64,000 nt of DNA from Oscillospiraceae bacterium (lineage in GTDB: Bacteria > Bacillota > Clostridia > Oscillospirales > SIG627): assembly GCA_015065085.1 (NCBI GenBank), contig SVQW01000005.1:66936-130935 (forward strand), written 5' to 3'. Positions 54,301-63,355 of the stretch are shown here, piece after piece. Position 1 is the first letter of the stretch, and each line of letters starts with the position of its first letter. Made by a program: the position numbers and the translations under genes. The notes beneath the pieces were generated by a model that had not been told where the DNA came from, ran no database searches, and saw only the letters and a list, made by a program, of their open reading frames with translations.

Positions 54301-54945
54301 ATTGACGAGCTTGTTAACGCACAGCCTGCTTCCATCGGTATGCCGGGCGGTAAGAACGGTAAGCTTGTTTACCGTGTTGCATTTGCCGATTCCTTCATCA
54401 ACGGCAATGTAATATACAGCCCTGCTTACACCGTGACTATCAAGCCTACTACCCCTGCATATATTAACGTGTTCATGGCGGGCGCTCAGATAAGAACCGA
54501 GGACGCCGCTGCTGCTATGGGCGGAGAAGCGGCACAGCACGGTGAGGCACTGCGTTTCGGTGCATACCTTGACTTGAACGGCTGGCAGAACGAAGCAGGT
54601 GTTACCGATGTTGAATACGGTATGATTCTTACCTCTGCGGCTATTCTGGGCGAAGATGAGCTGACTCTCGATATGCTTGATGAGAACAGAATAATCAAGG
54701 TTGTTGCAAAGAACATTTACAAGCACAATGAATATGACGAGGGTTGTGACCAGATAATTTACACCGCCGCTATTTACGGTGTTGGTGATAAGACTGCTAA
54801 AATCGTTGCACGTCCTTATGTAACCTACAAGTACAACGGAAACCCTGTCGTTGTTTACGGACATGACATAGTACGCTCCTTTAAGCAGGTGTTTGATAAG
54901 GTAACCGGTGTCGATGATGGCTACTGGGATAGCGACGCTCAGTAA
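51388..54945 (+). CDS. Giant secreted protein (1185 aa), paralogue of 28996-33714
   Basis: Signal peptide MKKALLTISALLILCMAMTLCAGA. Blocks shared with the 1572-aa protein are YIRFDS, YPFVRITY, KYIAYYATEEEA..GAPE.TGVMPAD, LRFDFQRG, LDYIGFFATMEEAQEFIASP, YGMILTS and ARPYVTY. Confidence 0.8.
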   Translation: MKKALLTISALLILCMAMTLCAGAVIQDSDIGTYIRFDSQEKIDLHTVGNLGDISMDAENNALRYTTRYKTADGNDLNMRVIFDERVKIEDYPFVRITYKMPTTQTSGAVNTSFSNVHMFVNQNGNDEHGHISINIGSYGNTMTANDKWERIIFDLRIANNSRTTTVDKETVPVAPETYAHDFRFDFPNNEAANTTHEYLIYDVGMFKTAEAAASYNGVQDFYYHDLSVADNGLTWEKKGGEVSFTYDEGEKAYLWHHVSGDSRMRSSMIESINWFSPSTWPVFSTYYKSTAPSLATFLYNDGYSPRNADGTDNTSIKKVGSMAEGKISTTNGSGVLNSNAKANEWSVGKLNIANASTNAQFSIATAAVLTRHGGDWINTSGDEQETHFKYIAYYATEEEANKMTVGAPEVTGVMPADKETENGKISGVTAKMEYRAGGKGGEWIAITDNDITDGAIFVAPGQVYSVRYKATETANAGYIAEVYVPYYFKFNLTGVKNGSSMELYDAEIDYVDGRWKVELPYGSSLTNIVLVFDLESNVSNAYQLYNNTHVAENKSRAGVALYQNSQNVDDRKAVISGDSTIDASASTVQLTAVQPGAIHEYINIDVSVSESQYTDKEIVDMALAAIDAAVIPTDDLYALSTADEIENAVKGTLETAISGFAGAQLALEAEFISPAASGTAENRNGTDGKVNITCTVTYDSYTDSTVKEDVPVPAKPFRWILNFGGNEIMLDNIKSNVIYNGGLEVENKADDSCLGGSYAHIYKRTDAEDTEGFYFSIYPGQNGVPAIDDLSEYKVVVYSYKHSNSSDKNNQLYYYTNLYSGAHAYQSFNMNNTAGVADTEWHQRLYEINASGNLSGTTTGDYSWNGTPRTLRFDFQRGINEVGEENRYVDLDYIGFFATMEEAQEFIASPVLDSNADEEALEVKFADELGWVAAGKADVDAGKYDYTASTVIELMNNNNMLHGAENGIVLIDELVNAQPASIGMPGGKNGKLVYRVAFADSFINGNVIYSPAYTVTIKPTTPAYINVFMAGAQIRTEDAAAAMGGEAAQHGEALRFGAYLDLNGWQNEAGVTDVEYGMILTSAAILGEDELTLDMLDENRIIKVVAKNIYKHNEYDEGCDQIIYTAAIYGVGDKTAKIVARPYVTYKYNGNPVVVYGHDIVRSFKQVFDKVTGVDDGYWDSDAQ

Positions 54946-54998
54946 TTTAAAGAAAAAGTAAACACAAAAAGCTGTAAGCACTCAATGAGTGCTTACAG

Positions 54999-55478
54999 CT
55001 TCAGACTTTCGAGAAAGTCGTGATACCGCGACGAAATAAATTATATTTCAAAAAGACGAAAATAAATCAAAGAACAAATTAACAGCAGGTGATACATCGA
55101 ATATCACCTGCTGTTTGTCGCTTTTTGCCGCTTCAAGCCTTATCGTACCTTTGTACGCCGACAGGCTTAAATCAGCAAAATATCCCTGACTTTTCGAAAG
55201 TCTCACAGTGTGTCGATAAACCTATCGACACACTGAAGCAAGAGTGAAAATTCACTCTTGCTTCAGACTCCCGAGAAAGTCGTGATACCGCGACGGAAAT
55301 AAATTATATTTCAAGAAACGCAAATAAAGCAAAAAATAATTTAACAGCAGGTGATACATCGAATATCACCTGCTGTTTGTCGCTTTTTGCCGCTTTAAGC
55401 CCTACCGTACCTTTGTACGCCGACAGGCTTAAATCAGCAAAATATCCCTGACTTTTCGAAAGTCTTACAGTGTGTCGA
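54999..55478. repeat. Noncoding tandem duplication: two ~218-nt copies with a 262-bp period, each preceded by a different hairpin
   Basis: Copy 1 spans 54999-55216 and copy 2 spans 55261-55478. They are near-identical over the 3' ~150 nt, which includes the AACAGCAGGTGATA hairpin (55081 and 55343) and the palindrome gacttttcgaaagtc. Confidence 0.85.
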
Positions 55479-55531
55479 GCTGATTTGTGAAAGAGCCTTG
55501 TGTGCGATTTGTGCATTGCAGGTACGCGGAT

Positions 55532-56824
55532 TTACTCTTCCTTGTCAAAGGCGCGCCATCTGATGAGTGCAAAGACGCAGAACACAATGGCGGCAAGTGA
55601 GCAACAGCCCCAGAAGATGCATACGGTGCTCCAGCCGAAGTTGTCCGCCAGGAGCCCTACGCCGTAAAAGGATATTGCCGCGCCCGCACTGCTCATGGCA
55701 TTGAGCACACCCGAAACCTTTGAAACACAGCCGAATTTTGCAAAATGGGTTGGAAGCATGATATTTATGGTCTGGCATACGGCGTTTGTTACGGCATAAA
55801 CCGTACCGAGAATAAATACGCTCAGCCACACACCCAAGCCCTGCATGTTTGTCAGCAGGAATAAGAGAGGCACGGAAAGCGCGAAAAAGAATATTGATGT
55901 TCCGATTTCGTTTTTGAACAGTCTTGCTGTGAGAAATGTGGCAAGAAAACCGCCTGCGAGATTGAAAAAGGGAATAATATTGGAAACGGTTGTTGAAAAT
56001 GCGGGTGTCACATCAAACACCTCCATGACAATGGTGGGTGTCCAGGCGGTCATGGAGTTGGAGATAACCGTTCTCAGCAGTGCGGGAGCAAAGGATAACA
56101 GCAATCCTGAAATTAAAAGAAGCTTGTAGAATGAATAGTTGACGATTCTTTTTTCGTCGTGAGAGGGTACAGGCTCGTCGTCGGGTGCTTCGTAGTCATT
56201 TTTTTCGATAAGATGCTTCTGCATGGTAAGGGTGTGAACTGTCCATAAGATGAGAAGTCCTGCCAGAACCGCGCCTGCGAAAACGAAAATGCCCTGCCAG
56301 GTGAAGTTGGCTGTCAGCCATACTGCCGAGATGTTGGTAAGAAGTGTGCTGGCAGTGTAGGTGAAGTTGAGGAACATACACGCTTTACTGCGGTGCTCCT
56401 TGATGAGCATATTTGAAATGAGGTTTATAACGCAGGGGAAAATGGTTGCCTGTCCCATGCCGTTGAGGCACCACAGAACCGTCATAACAACGGCGTTTGA
56501 TGACAGCGCCATGGTGAAATTGGCGGCGCAGGAAATTCCGATGCCGATGCCGATAAGCTTGATTGGCGAAAATCGGTCGCCCATAATGCCGAAAACTATT
56601 TGTCCCACACCGTAAAAGGCATAAAATAAGCCGTTCATCAGACCCATATCGGACTTTGTGAAAATGCCCGCATCGATTATAAAAGCCGCGGCGGTGGAAA
56701 GACTGAAGCGTCCCACGCATACGATAGTGTACATTATGAGGCATACAAGGCAAAAAGCAAGACTTGCGCGCTTGTTAGCAAAAACACGTGTTATCATTTC
56801 AGTTCTCACCGTTTCCTTTCTCAA
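55532..56824 (-). CDS. MFS transporter
   Basis: About 12 TM segments and a loop 2-3 motif G.MGDRFSP. The start may be the internal Met at 56797, which would avoid the overlap. Confidence 0.75.
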   Translation of the reverse strand: MRKETVRTEMITRVFANKRASLAFCLVCLIMYTIVCVGRFSLSTAAAFIIDAGIFTKSDMGLMNGLFYAFYGVGQIVFGIMGDRFSPIKLIGIGIGISCAANFTMALSSNAVVMTVLWCLNGMGQATIFPCVINLISNMLIKEHRSKACMFLNFTYTASTLLTNISAVWLTANFTWQGIFVFAGAVLAGLLILWTVHTLTMQKHLIEKNDYEAPDDEPVPSHDEKRIVNYSFYKLLLISGLLLSFAPALLRTVISNSMTAWTPTIVMEVFDVTPAFSTTVSNIIPFFNLAGGFLATFLTARLFKNEIGTSIFFFALSVPLLFLLTNMQGLGVWLSVFILGTVYAVTNAVCQTINIMLPTHFAKFGCVSKVSGVLNAMSSAGAAISFYGVGLLADNFGWSTVCIFWGCCSLAAIVFCVFALIRWRAFDKEE

Positions 56825-58217
56825 GCACCTTACAGCCCTTGTTCAAGTAGAAAAGCGTTGCAACAATGCCCAGTGTGCCAAGTGCACACAAGACCTGCTG
56901 TGCATAGATGTGAGTTCCGAACAGGGATATATTGTTTTTCTGCAAAATATCCATTACGATGCCTGCTCCAAAGGTACAGAGAACACCGATGATGCTGTTT
57001 ATGGTGGTATACACTGCAAAGTAGTTTGAATTATCCCTTCCGTCAGAGGGGAAAACGGAGTAAAGTACTGCTGACATGCCCATGCTGTGAACACCCGTTC
57101 CGATGGTAACGATTATCTGATGGATGGAAAACGTGACAAGCACAAGGCCGCCCGGCATACAGAAAGCGCCTGCCAGATAACCCAGACCTGTCAGGAGCGT
57201 GCCCAGCTTGAGTACGAACATGTAGGAAATCTTGTCTGCCAGACGTCCTATTCTGGGGAGAATGAGGGCGCATATAACTCTTGCGATAAGAAGCATGGCA
57301 TTGATAAAGGTGTATTTGAGACCCAACTCGGAAATCTGATAAATGTACAGAAACGGCATAGCCACATAGTAGCTTATGTACCACAGGATATAAATACAGA
57401 TTATCTTGCGGAAGCCGGGGTTTTTGAAGGTGTCCGCGACAAGCTTGATAAGGCTGGCGGGCTTTTCGTTGTTGGAGCTTCGCCTTGCGAGCCTTCCCAC
57501 TGCCTCATGATTTTCGTCCATGTACAGAGTGCCGATTTTAGGCTCCTTGCACATGTTGAGACCTATTGTATCCACAATGGTGAGAATGAAAATCATAATA
57601 CCTATAACGGCAAAGCCTGTTTTTTCGTTTCCGTCGGCGGAAAAGCGGTCAAGCACACCTGCACCCACAAGAGATGCCGCGCCGGCGCATATCATGTTGA
57701 CGGTGTCGCGTATGCTGATAAAGCGTCCCTTTGAAGTAGCGGGCAGAAGAGAAATGAGCCATGCACCGCTGCAGGGGCTGACAAACTGCAAAAGAAGCGA
57801 AGCTATTATGTAAAGACCCAGGAATACCGCCGTGCGTAAACCGCCCGGCATATCAATAAAGGGTACAAACACCATAACACCGTAGATGGCACGGGCTATA
57901 AAACAGCTGACTATGGAGGGGAGCTTTGCTTTTTTGATATGCTTTGTGATTTCAAGCATGAAAATACAGCTTATGGCGGCGATAGTGGGAATGGTGGAGA
58001 AAACACCGTTGAGTGCATCGCTCATGCCCAGCTGACGAAGCAGTGAGGCGATAAATGTACCGCCCATAAGACCGGCTATGGCATTTGCGGCGCCGGTTGT
58101 GATAAGATAGCCGACGCGGCTTATTGCCCAATCATGCTCGCTTTCGGGGTATTGCATGAAAAAGTGCTGACGGAGCTTGCCCAGAATAAAAAGCCAATAA
58201 TACTTTAGTTTTTTCAT
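56799..58217 (-). CDS. MFS-type transporter (possibly GPH-like sugar/cation symporter)
   Basis: 472 aa, polytopic, arranged head-to-tail with the downstream MFS gene. Confidence 0.65.
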   Translation of the reverse strand: MKKLKYYWLFILGKLRQHFFMQYPESEHDWAISRVGYLITTGAANAIAGLMGGTFIASLLRQLGMSDALNGVFSTIPTIAAISCIFMLEITKHIKKAKLPSIVSCFIARAIYGVMVFVPFIDMPGGLRTAVFLGLYIIASLLLQFVSPCSGAWLISLLPATSKGRFISIRDTVNMICAGAASLVGAGVLDRFSADGNEKTGFAVIGIMIFILTIVDTIGLNMCKEPKIGTLYMDENHEAVGRLARRSSNNEKPASLIKLVADTFKNPGFRKIICIYILWYISYYVAMPFLYIYQISELGLKYTFINAMLLIARVICALILPRIGRLADKISYMFVLKLGTLLTGLGYLAGAFCMPGGLVLVTFSIHQIIVTIGTGVHSMGMSAVLYSVFPSDGRDNSNYFAVYTTINSIIGVLCTFGAGIVMDILQKNNISLFGTHIYAQQVLCALGTLGIVATLFYLNKGCKVLEKGNGEN

Positions 58218-58406
58218 ATTTCACCCTGAGTTTTAAAATATTTGTAAAGCCACCACTTATTATATACTCTTTATTTATAAAGTCAATAGGTTTTGATAAA
58301 AAAGAAAAATAACACCCTGCTAATTTGAATAAAAGTGTTGATTTTTGGACGGATTTGTGGTATCATTAGAATCGTGAAGTTGTGTTTTATTACAAGGAGA
58401 GGGATT

Positions 58407-59483
58407 ATGTCAAAATTAAAAATAGGTATTATAGGTACAGGAAGTATTTCCAACGAGCATATCAGAGGTTATCTGAATAATCCCGATGTTGAGCTTTATG
58501 CTTTTTGCGATATTGATGCCGACAAGCTTAATGCAATGGGCAAAAAATACGGTGTCACCCGTCTTTATACCGATAAGGACGAAATGTTGAAGCTGAGTGA
58601 GTTGGATGCGGTGAGCGTGTGCACCTGGAATGCCGCTCACGCAGAATGTACTATTGCCGCTCTCAATGCAGGTAAGCATGTTTTGTGTGAAAAGCCCACC
58701 GCCATGAATACTGCCGAGGCGCAGGCAATGAAGGATGCGGCAGAGAAAAACGGAAAAATACTGATGATCGGCTTTGTGCGCCGTCACGGTAATGATTGTG
58801 CGCTTCTTAAGGACTTTATAGAAAAGGGCGAATTCGGCGAGCTTTACTACGGCAAGGCGAAATATCTGCGCCGCAACGGATGCCCGGGCGGTTGGTTCGG
58901 AAACAAGGAGTTTTCGGGCGGCGGTCCGCTTATAGACCTGGGTGTGCACGTAATCGATATGGTGAAATATCTTGCCGGTAACCCCAAGCCCGTTTCGGTT
59001 TACGGCTTCACCTTCGATAAGCTGGGCAACCGTCCCGGTCTGCGCGAAAATGTTTCTATCGGCAACTATCGCGGCTTGCACAATAAAACCGTTTTCAATG
59101 TTGAGGACTTTGCAGGCGCAATAATACGCTTTGACAACGGCTTTGTATTGTCGGTTGAGGCAAGCTTCAGCCTTAATGAAAAGTGCGATACCTCTTCAAT
59201 CGAGCTGTTCGGAACAAAGTCGGGCGCAAGGCTGGATGCATCAAACGACCCACCGCTGGAGATTTATACAACCACCAACGGCTATCTCACCAACACCACC
59301 TTCTTTAACCGCCGTCTTACCGAATCCGGCGACTTTTTCGCCATGGAAATGAATAATTTTGTGGATGCTGTTCTTGGCAGAGCCGAATGTAAGGCGCCCG
59401 CGCAGGACGGCGTGGACATAATGAAAATTCTTGATGCCATCTATGAATCCGCACGCACGGGTCATGAGGTGGTTATAGACTGA
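58407..59483 (+). CDS. Gfo/Idh/MocA-family NAD(P)-dependent oxidoreductase
   Basis: KIGIIGTGSISNEH Rossmann motif and the EKP motif (VLCEKPTA). I moved the start to the ATG at 58407, which is preceded by AAGGAGAGG. Confidence 0.85.
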   Translation: MSKLKIGIIGTGSISNEHIRGYLNNPDVELYAFCDIDADKLNAMGKKYGVTRLYTDKDEMLKLSELDAVSVCTWNAAHAECTIAALNAGKHVLCEKPTAMNTAEAQAMKDAAEKNGKILMIGFVRRHGNDCALLKDFIEKGEFGELYYGKAKYLRRNGCPGGWFGNKEFSGGGPLIDLGVHVIDMVKYLAGNPKPVSVYGFTFDKLGNRPGLRENVSIGNYRGLHNKTVFNVEDFAGAIIRFDNGFVLSVEASFSLNEKCDTSSIELFGTKSGARLDASNDPPLEIYTTTNGYLTNTTFFNRRLTESGDFFAMEMNNFVDAVLGRAECKAPAQDGVDIMKILDAIYESARTGHEVVID

Positions 59484-59502
59484 TACGCTGAAAGGGAGTA
59501 AA

Positions 59503-60138
59503 ATGGCAGAAAAATCACAGGCACAGTTGAAATTTGATATTGCTTACGACAGCTACAAGCAGGTAGAGGCTGTCGTGAAGGAGCTTTCCGAGCTGACACA
59601 AATAGTATTCAGGCATTTTTCCCACACAATAGCCATGCGCCAGTATGATTATATGCTTCAGCTTTTGTTGCTTTCCATGGCTGTGGCGGACGATGATTAC
59701 AAAAATCTGGAAAATCAGTTTGTGGAGAAAATAACCCGTTACGGCAGTATTCTCACGTCCTATAACATAAGTCTCAAGGACAAGGGCAGTGACACCAAGT
59801 ACACCTGGCAGAGCCTCAGAGAGCATATAAATTCGCTGAGCGGAGACGAAAAATCGGCATTTGTGGGAGATCTTTACTCGCTTATCTCGCACAGAATAAA
59901 GGAGTTTGTGGATTTCTTCGCCTGCATCGACCAGGCGGTAAAAGGCCGCAATTTTCTGGCGGAAATTAATTTCGCCACCGAAAATATACTCAGGCAGTTT
60001 GCAATTATTGACGAAACCGAGGACGTAAATCCCAATGATCCGGGCACGGCGGCGTTTTCCGAATTGGAGCTGGCGCTGGAATTAAAAGCGGAGATATTTA
60101 CCGAAAAATGGCTTCAGGTAATATCGGAATGCGAATAA
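59503..60138 (+). CDS. Hypothetical cytoplasmic protein (predicted helical)
   Basis: The ORF has a good RBS context (gggag before the ATG). I recognised no motif. Confidence 0.5.
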   Translation: MAEKSQAQLKFDIAYDSYKQVEAVVKELSELTQIVFRHFSHTIAMRQYDYMLQLLLLSMAVADDDYKNLENQFVEKITRYGSILTSYNISLKDKGSDTKYTWQSLREHINSLSGDEKSAFVGDLYSLISHRIKEFVDFFACIDQAVKGRNFLAEINFATENILRQFAIIDETEDVNPNDPGTAAFSELELALELKAEIFTEKWLQVISECE

Positions 60139-60177
60139 AGTAAAAAATAAAATAATAATAAATTCAAGGAGATTATC

Positions 60178-62082
60178 ATGCAACAGAACAAAGACTTCAA
60201 GCCGTATGTTCCTGCTGAAAAGATTACTCCCGAAATAACTGTGACCTCCATAGTTATGGGTATAATCCTTGCGGTAGTATTCGGCGCCGCAAACGCATAT
60301 CTGGGACTCAGAGTAGGTATGACTGTTTCGGCATCCATTCCCGCCGCGGTAATCGCCATGGGCGTTATCCGTGTTATTATGCGCAAAAACTCCATTCTCG
60401 AAAGTAACATTGTCCAGACTACCGGTTCTGCCGGCGAAAGTCTTGCGGCAGGTGCGATTTTCACTCTTCCTGCGCTCTTTTTATGGGCAGCAGAGGGCAA
60501 AATGGATAAGCCCGGCATTGTTGAAATAACTCTTATCGCTCTTCTGGGCGGTCTTTTGGGTGTATTTTTCATGGTGCCACTGAGAAACGCTCTTATCGTT
60601 AAGGAGCACGGTGTCCTGCCTTATCCCGAGGGAACGGCATGCGCCGAGGTCCTTCTTGCCGGCGAAAAGGGCGGTGCAAACGCCTCCACCGTATTTGCAG
60701 GTATGGGCTTTGCGGCACTGTTTAAATTCATTATAGACGGACTTAAGGTAGTTGCAGGCGAGGTCTCTGTAAGCATCAAGGGCTTTGCGGGTGCTATCGG
60801 AACACAGATTTACCCCGCTGTAATGAGCGTTGGTTATATCTGCGGTGCAAGAATTTCGTCCTATATGTTCGCGGGCGGTATGCTCAGCTGGCTGGTGCTT
60901 ATTCCCGTTATTGTGCTGTTTGGCGAGAATGTTGTAATGGCTCCCGAAATGTCGGCTACCATCGGCGAGCTTTATGCTTCGGGCGGTGCAAGTGCCATTT
61001 GGTCCACCTACATCCGCTATATCGGCGCAGGTGCTCTTGCGGCGGGCGGTATCATAAGCCTCATCAAGTCTCTGCCTCTTATCGTTTCCACCTTTGCAGG
61101 CGCCATGAAGAGCATTTCCGCAAGCGGTTCAAATACGGGAAATCTGCGCACCGAAAAGGACATCAGCCTTAAAATAGTTATTCCCGCTATTATCGTTCTC
61201 ACACTTCTGGTGTGGCTGGTTCCCGCTATTCCCGTGTCGCTTCTGGGCGCGTTTATAGTTGTAATATTCGGTTTCTTCTTTGCCACCGTTTCCTCCCGTA
61301 TGGTAGGTCTGGTGGGAAGCAGTAACAACCCTGTTTCGGGTATGGCTATTGCAACACTTCTCATAACCACCGTAATTCTCAAAATGACCGGCTCCACCGG
61401 TGCGGCGGGTATGTGCAGTGCTATTGCCATCGGTTCCATAATTTGTATCGTTTCCGCTATTGCGGGCGACACCTCCCAGGACCTTAAAACAGGTTATCTT
61501 TTGGGTGCAACCCCCAGAAAACAGCAGATAGGTGAGATTATCGGTGTTATTGCCGCGGCGTTTGCTATCGGCGGAACGCTTTACCTGCTGGATACCGCAT
61601 GGGGCTTCGGCGGCGAGGAGCTGGGTGCACCTCAGGCAACCCTTATGAAGCTTATCATTGAGGGTGTTATGGATAATAATCTCCCCTGGGGACTGGTATT
61701 TATCGGTGTATTTATCGCTGTTATCGTTGAAGTTGTGGGTATTCCCGTGCTTCCGTTTGCTATTGGTGTATATCTGCCCGTTCAGCTCAACGCCTGCATA
61801 ATGGTGGGCGGTCTTGTCCGTCTGGCGCTTGACAAAATGAAGGGCGACGAGGAAAAGAAGAAGGCTATTATCAGCGACGGCACTCTGTTTTGCTCGGGTA
61901 TGATTGCAGGTGAGGGCCTTGTGGGCATACTGCTCGCGCTTCTTGCAGTATTCGGCATCGGCGAAATGATTGACCTTTCCGCCTACATTCACCCCGTTGT
62001 TTATAATGTGGGAAGCCTTGTACTGTTCGGCATCATAATTCTTACGGTACTGAAATTCTCACTGTGGAAAAAGCGCAAATAA
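60178..62082 (+). CDS. OPT-family oligopeptide transporter
   Basis: 634 aa with about 16 TM segments. The N-terminus (PEITVTSIVMGIILAVVFGAANAYLGLRVGMTVSASIPAAV) is typical of bacterial OPT proteins. Confidence 0.8.
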   Translation: MQQNKDFKPYVPAEKITPEITVTSIVMGIILAVVFGAANAYLGLRVGMTVSASIPAAVIAMGVIRVIMRKNSILESNIVQTTGSAGESLAAGAIFTLPALFLWAAEGKMDKPGIVEITLIALLGGLLGVFFMVPLRNALIVKEHGVLPYPEGTACAEVLLAGEKGGANASTVFAGMGFAALFKFIIDGLKVVAGEVSVSIKGFAGAIGTQIYPAVMSVGYICGARISSYMFAGGMLSWLVLIPVIVLFGENVVMAPEMSATIGELYASGGASAIWSTYIRYIGAGALAAGGIISLIKSLPLIVSTFAGAMKSISASGSNTGNLRTEKDISLKIVIPAIIVLTLLVWLVPAIPVSLLGAFIVVIFGFFFATVSSRMVGLVGSSNNPVSGMAIATLLITTVILKMTGSTGAAGMCSAIAIGSIICIVSAIAGDTSQDLKTGYLLGATPRKQQIGEIIGVIAAAFAIGGTLYLLDTAWGFGGEELGAPQATLMKLIIEGVMDNNLPWGLVFIGVFIAVIVEVVGIPVLPFAIGVYLPVQLNACIMVGGLVRLALDKMKGDEEKKKAIISDGTLFCSGMIAGEGLVGILLALLAVFGIGEMIDLSAYIHPVVYNVGSLVLFGIIILTVLKFSLWKKRK

Positions 62083-62083
62083 A

Positions 62084-62425
62084 ATGAAAAATAACAAGTC
62101 AGAAAATTACCTTGACCGCATCCCCTGCCGCAATCCTGCCATTGGCTGGAAGTGCGACGGGGAGGGTAAGGTTACACTGGAAATAGAAAACAAAGGTATT
62201 TTTAACCGTATAGCACAAAAGTTTTTCAGAAAGCCACGTATAAGCTATGTGCATCTGGACGAAAACGGAAGCTTCGTGTGGCCGCTTATCGATGGCGAAA
62301 AGGATATTGCCGCACTGGGCATTGAAGTGAAAAATCACTTCGGGGATGCCGCCGAACCGCTTTACGAGCGACTTGCAAAATTCTTTCAGATACTTTCAAG
62401 CTATGGCTTTGTCACCTTCAAATAA
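62084..62425 (+). CDS. PqqD-family (RRE-like) small protein
   Basis: 113 aa. ...V.LDENGSFVWPLIDGEKDIAALGIEVKNHFG.....LYERLAKFFQIL resembles a PqqD-like winged-helix pattern. It starts 2 nt after the OPT stop. Confidence 0.55.
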   Translation: MKNNKSENYLDRIPCRNPAIGWKCDGEGKVTLEIENKGIFNRIAQKFFRKPRISYVHLDENGSFVWPLIDGEKDIAALGIEVKNHFGDAAEPLYERLAKFFQILSSYGFVTFK

Positions 62426-62438
62426 AAGGAGAAATGTT

Positions 62439-63338
62439 ATGATATACGAAAATTTGCTTGACAGAATCGGTTTTACACCCGAGGACAAAAAAGATTACGA
62501 AAAATACAAGGCGCTTTCCGATGGTGTGACCGAGGCGGTTGCTTTTGACTACATGAGCGGAAAAATCAGCTTTAACGAGGCGCTGGAAAAGGTTAAAAGC
62601 CTGAAAAACGATAAAATCGGCGAATATGCTCTCAATATGCTGTTTTTTCTGGATTGTACGGGCTATCTGTACCCCGAAAAGTATGCACAAAAGGGCTGGA
62701 GCGAGGCACTTTTTGTAAATGCCATGCGCGACCTGAAGTCCAAGCTGGACGAATGCCGCGATGTGATGGGATGCTTCGGCACATTTGTGCCCGAGTGGTA
62801 TGAGGGATTTTATGTTCCCTGCCGTGTTGCCCCCGGCAGATTGCAGTACGACATCAAAACCCACGAGGACGAGTCGGTGAAGCTTAAAAATTACGAAATC
62901 AAAAAGGGCGACCTTATTCTCAACTGCCACATTCCGGGTTCAAGCTACGGCCCTCTTCTTGAAAAGGACTGTATTGAATCCTACAAAATGGCTTATGAGC
63001 TGTTCAAGGGACAGATAAGGGACAAAGTTCTGGTCATACGTTGCTGTTCATGGCTTTTGTTCCCTGCGTATCAGTCTCTTTTCGGCGATAAATCCAATAC
63101 CTATAAATTCGCGGAGAAATTTGAAATAGTTGAAAGCCGTTATCATGAAAGATTTCTGGATGGCTGGCGCATTTTCAATCAGCACCCTTATGACGGTACC
63201 GCCAATCTGCCCCGTGACACCCGTATGCGCAGAGCATTTATAGACTACATAGACAACGTGCCCGACAGTGACAAAAAGTACGGAGCAGGTCTGGGATATC
63301 TGCTGTTTGACGGCGAAAGCATTATAACTCACAGATAA
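62439..63338 (+). CDS. Hypothetical protein (299 aa); possibly an acyltransferase-like two-domain protein
   Basis: I moved the start to the ATG at 62439, which is preceded by AAAGGAGAA. I recognised no firm motif. Confidence 0.5.
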   Translation: MIYENLLDRIGFTPEDKKDYEKYKALSDGVTEAVAFDYMSGKISFNEALEKVKSLKNDKIGEYALNMLFFLDCTGYLYPEKYAQKGWSEALFVNAMRDLKSKLDECRDVMGCFGTFVPEWYEGFYVPCRVAPGRLQYDIKTHEDESVKLKNYEIKKGDLILNCHIPGSSYGPLLEKDCIESYKMAYELFKGQIRDKVLVIRCCSWLLFPAYQSLFGDKSNTYKFAEKFEIVESRYHERFLDGWRIFNQHPYDGTANLPRDTRMRRAFIDYIDNVPDSDKKYGAGLGYLLFDGESIITHR

Positions 63339-63355
63339 ATTTCAAGGAGAAAATC

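Noticed and set aside
55304-55516. 70-aa minus-strand ORF within the 262-bp tandem duplication.
   Set aside because: It lies entirely in repeated, hairpin-rich DNA. The equivalent frame in copy 1 is not open, so it is probably not coding.
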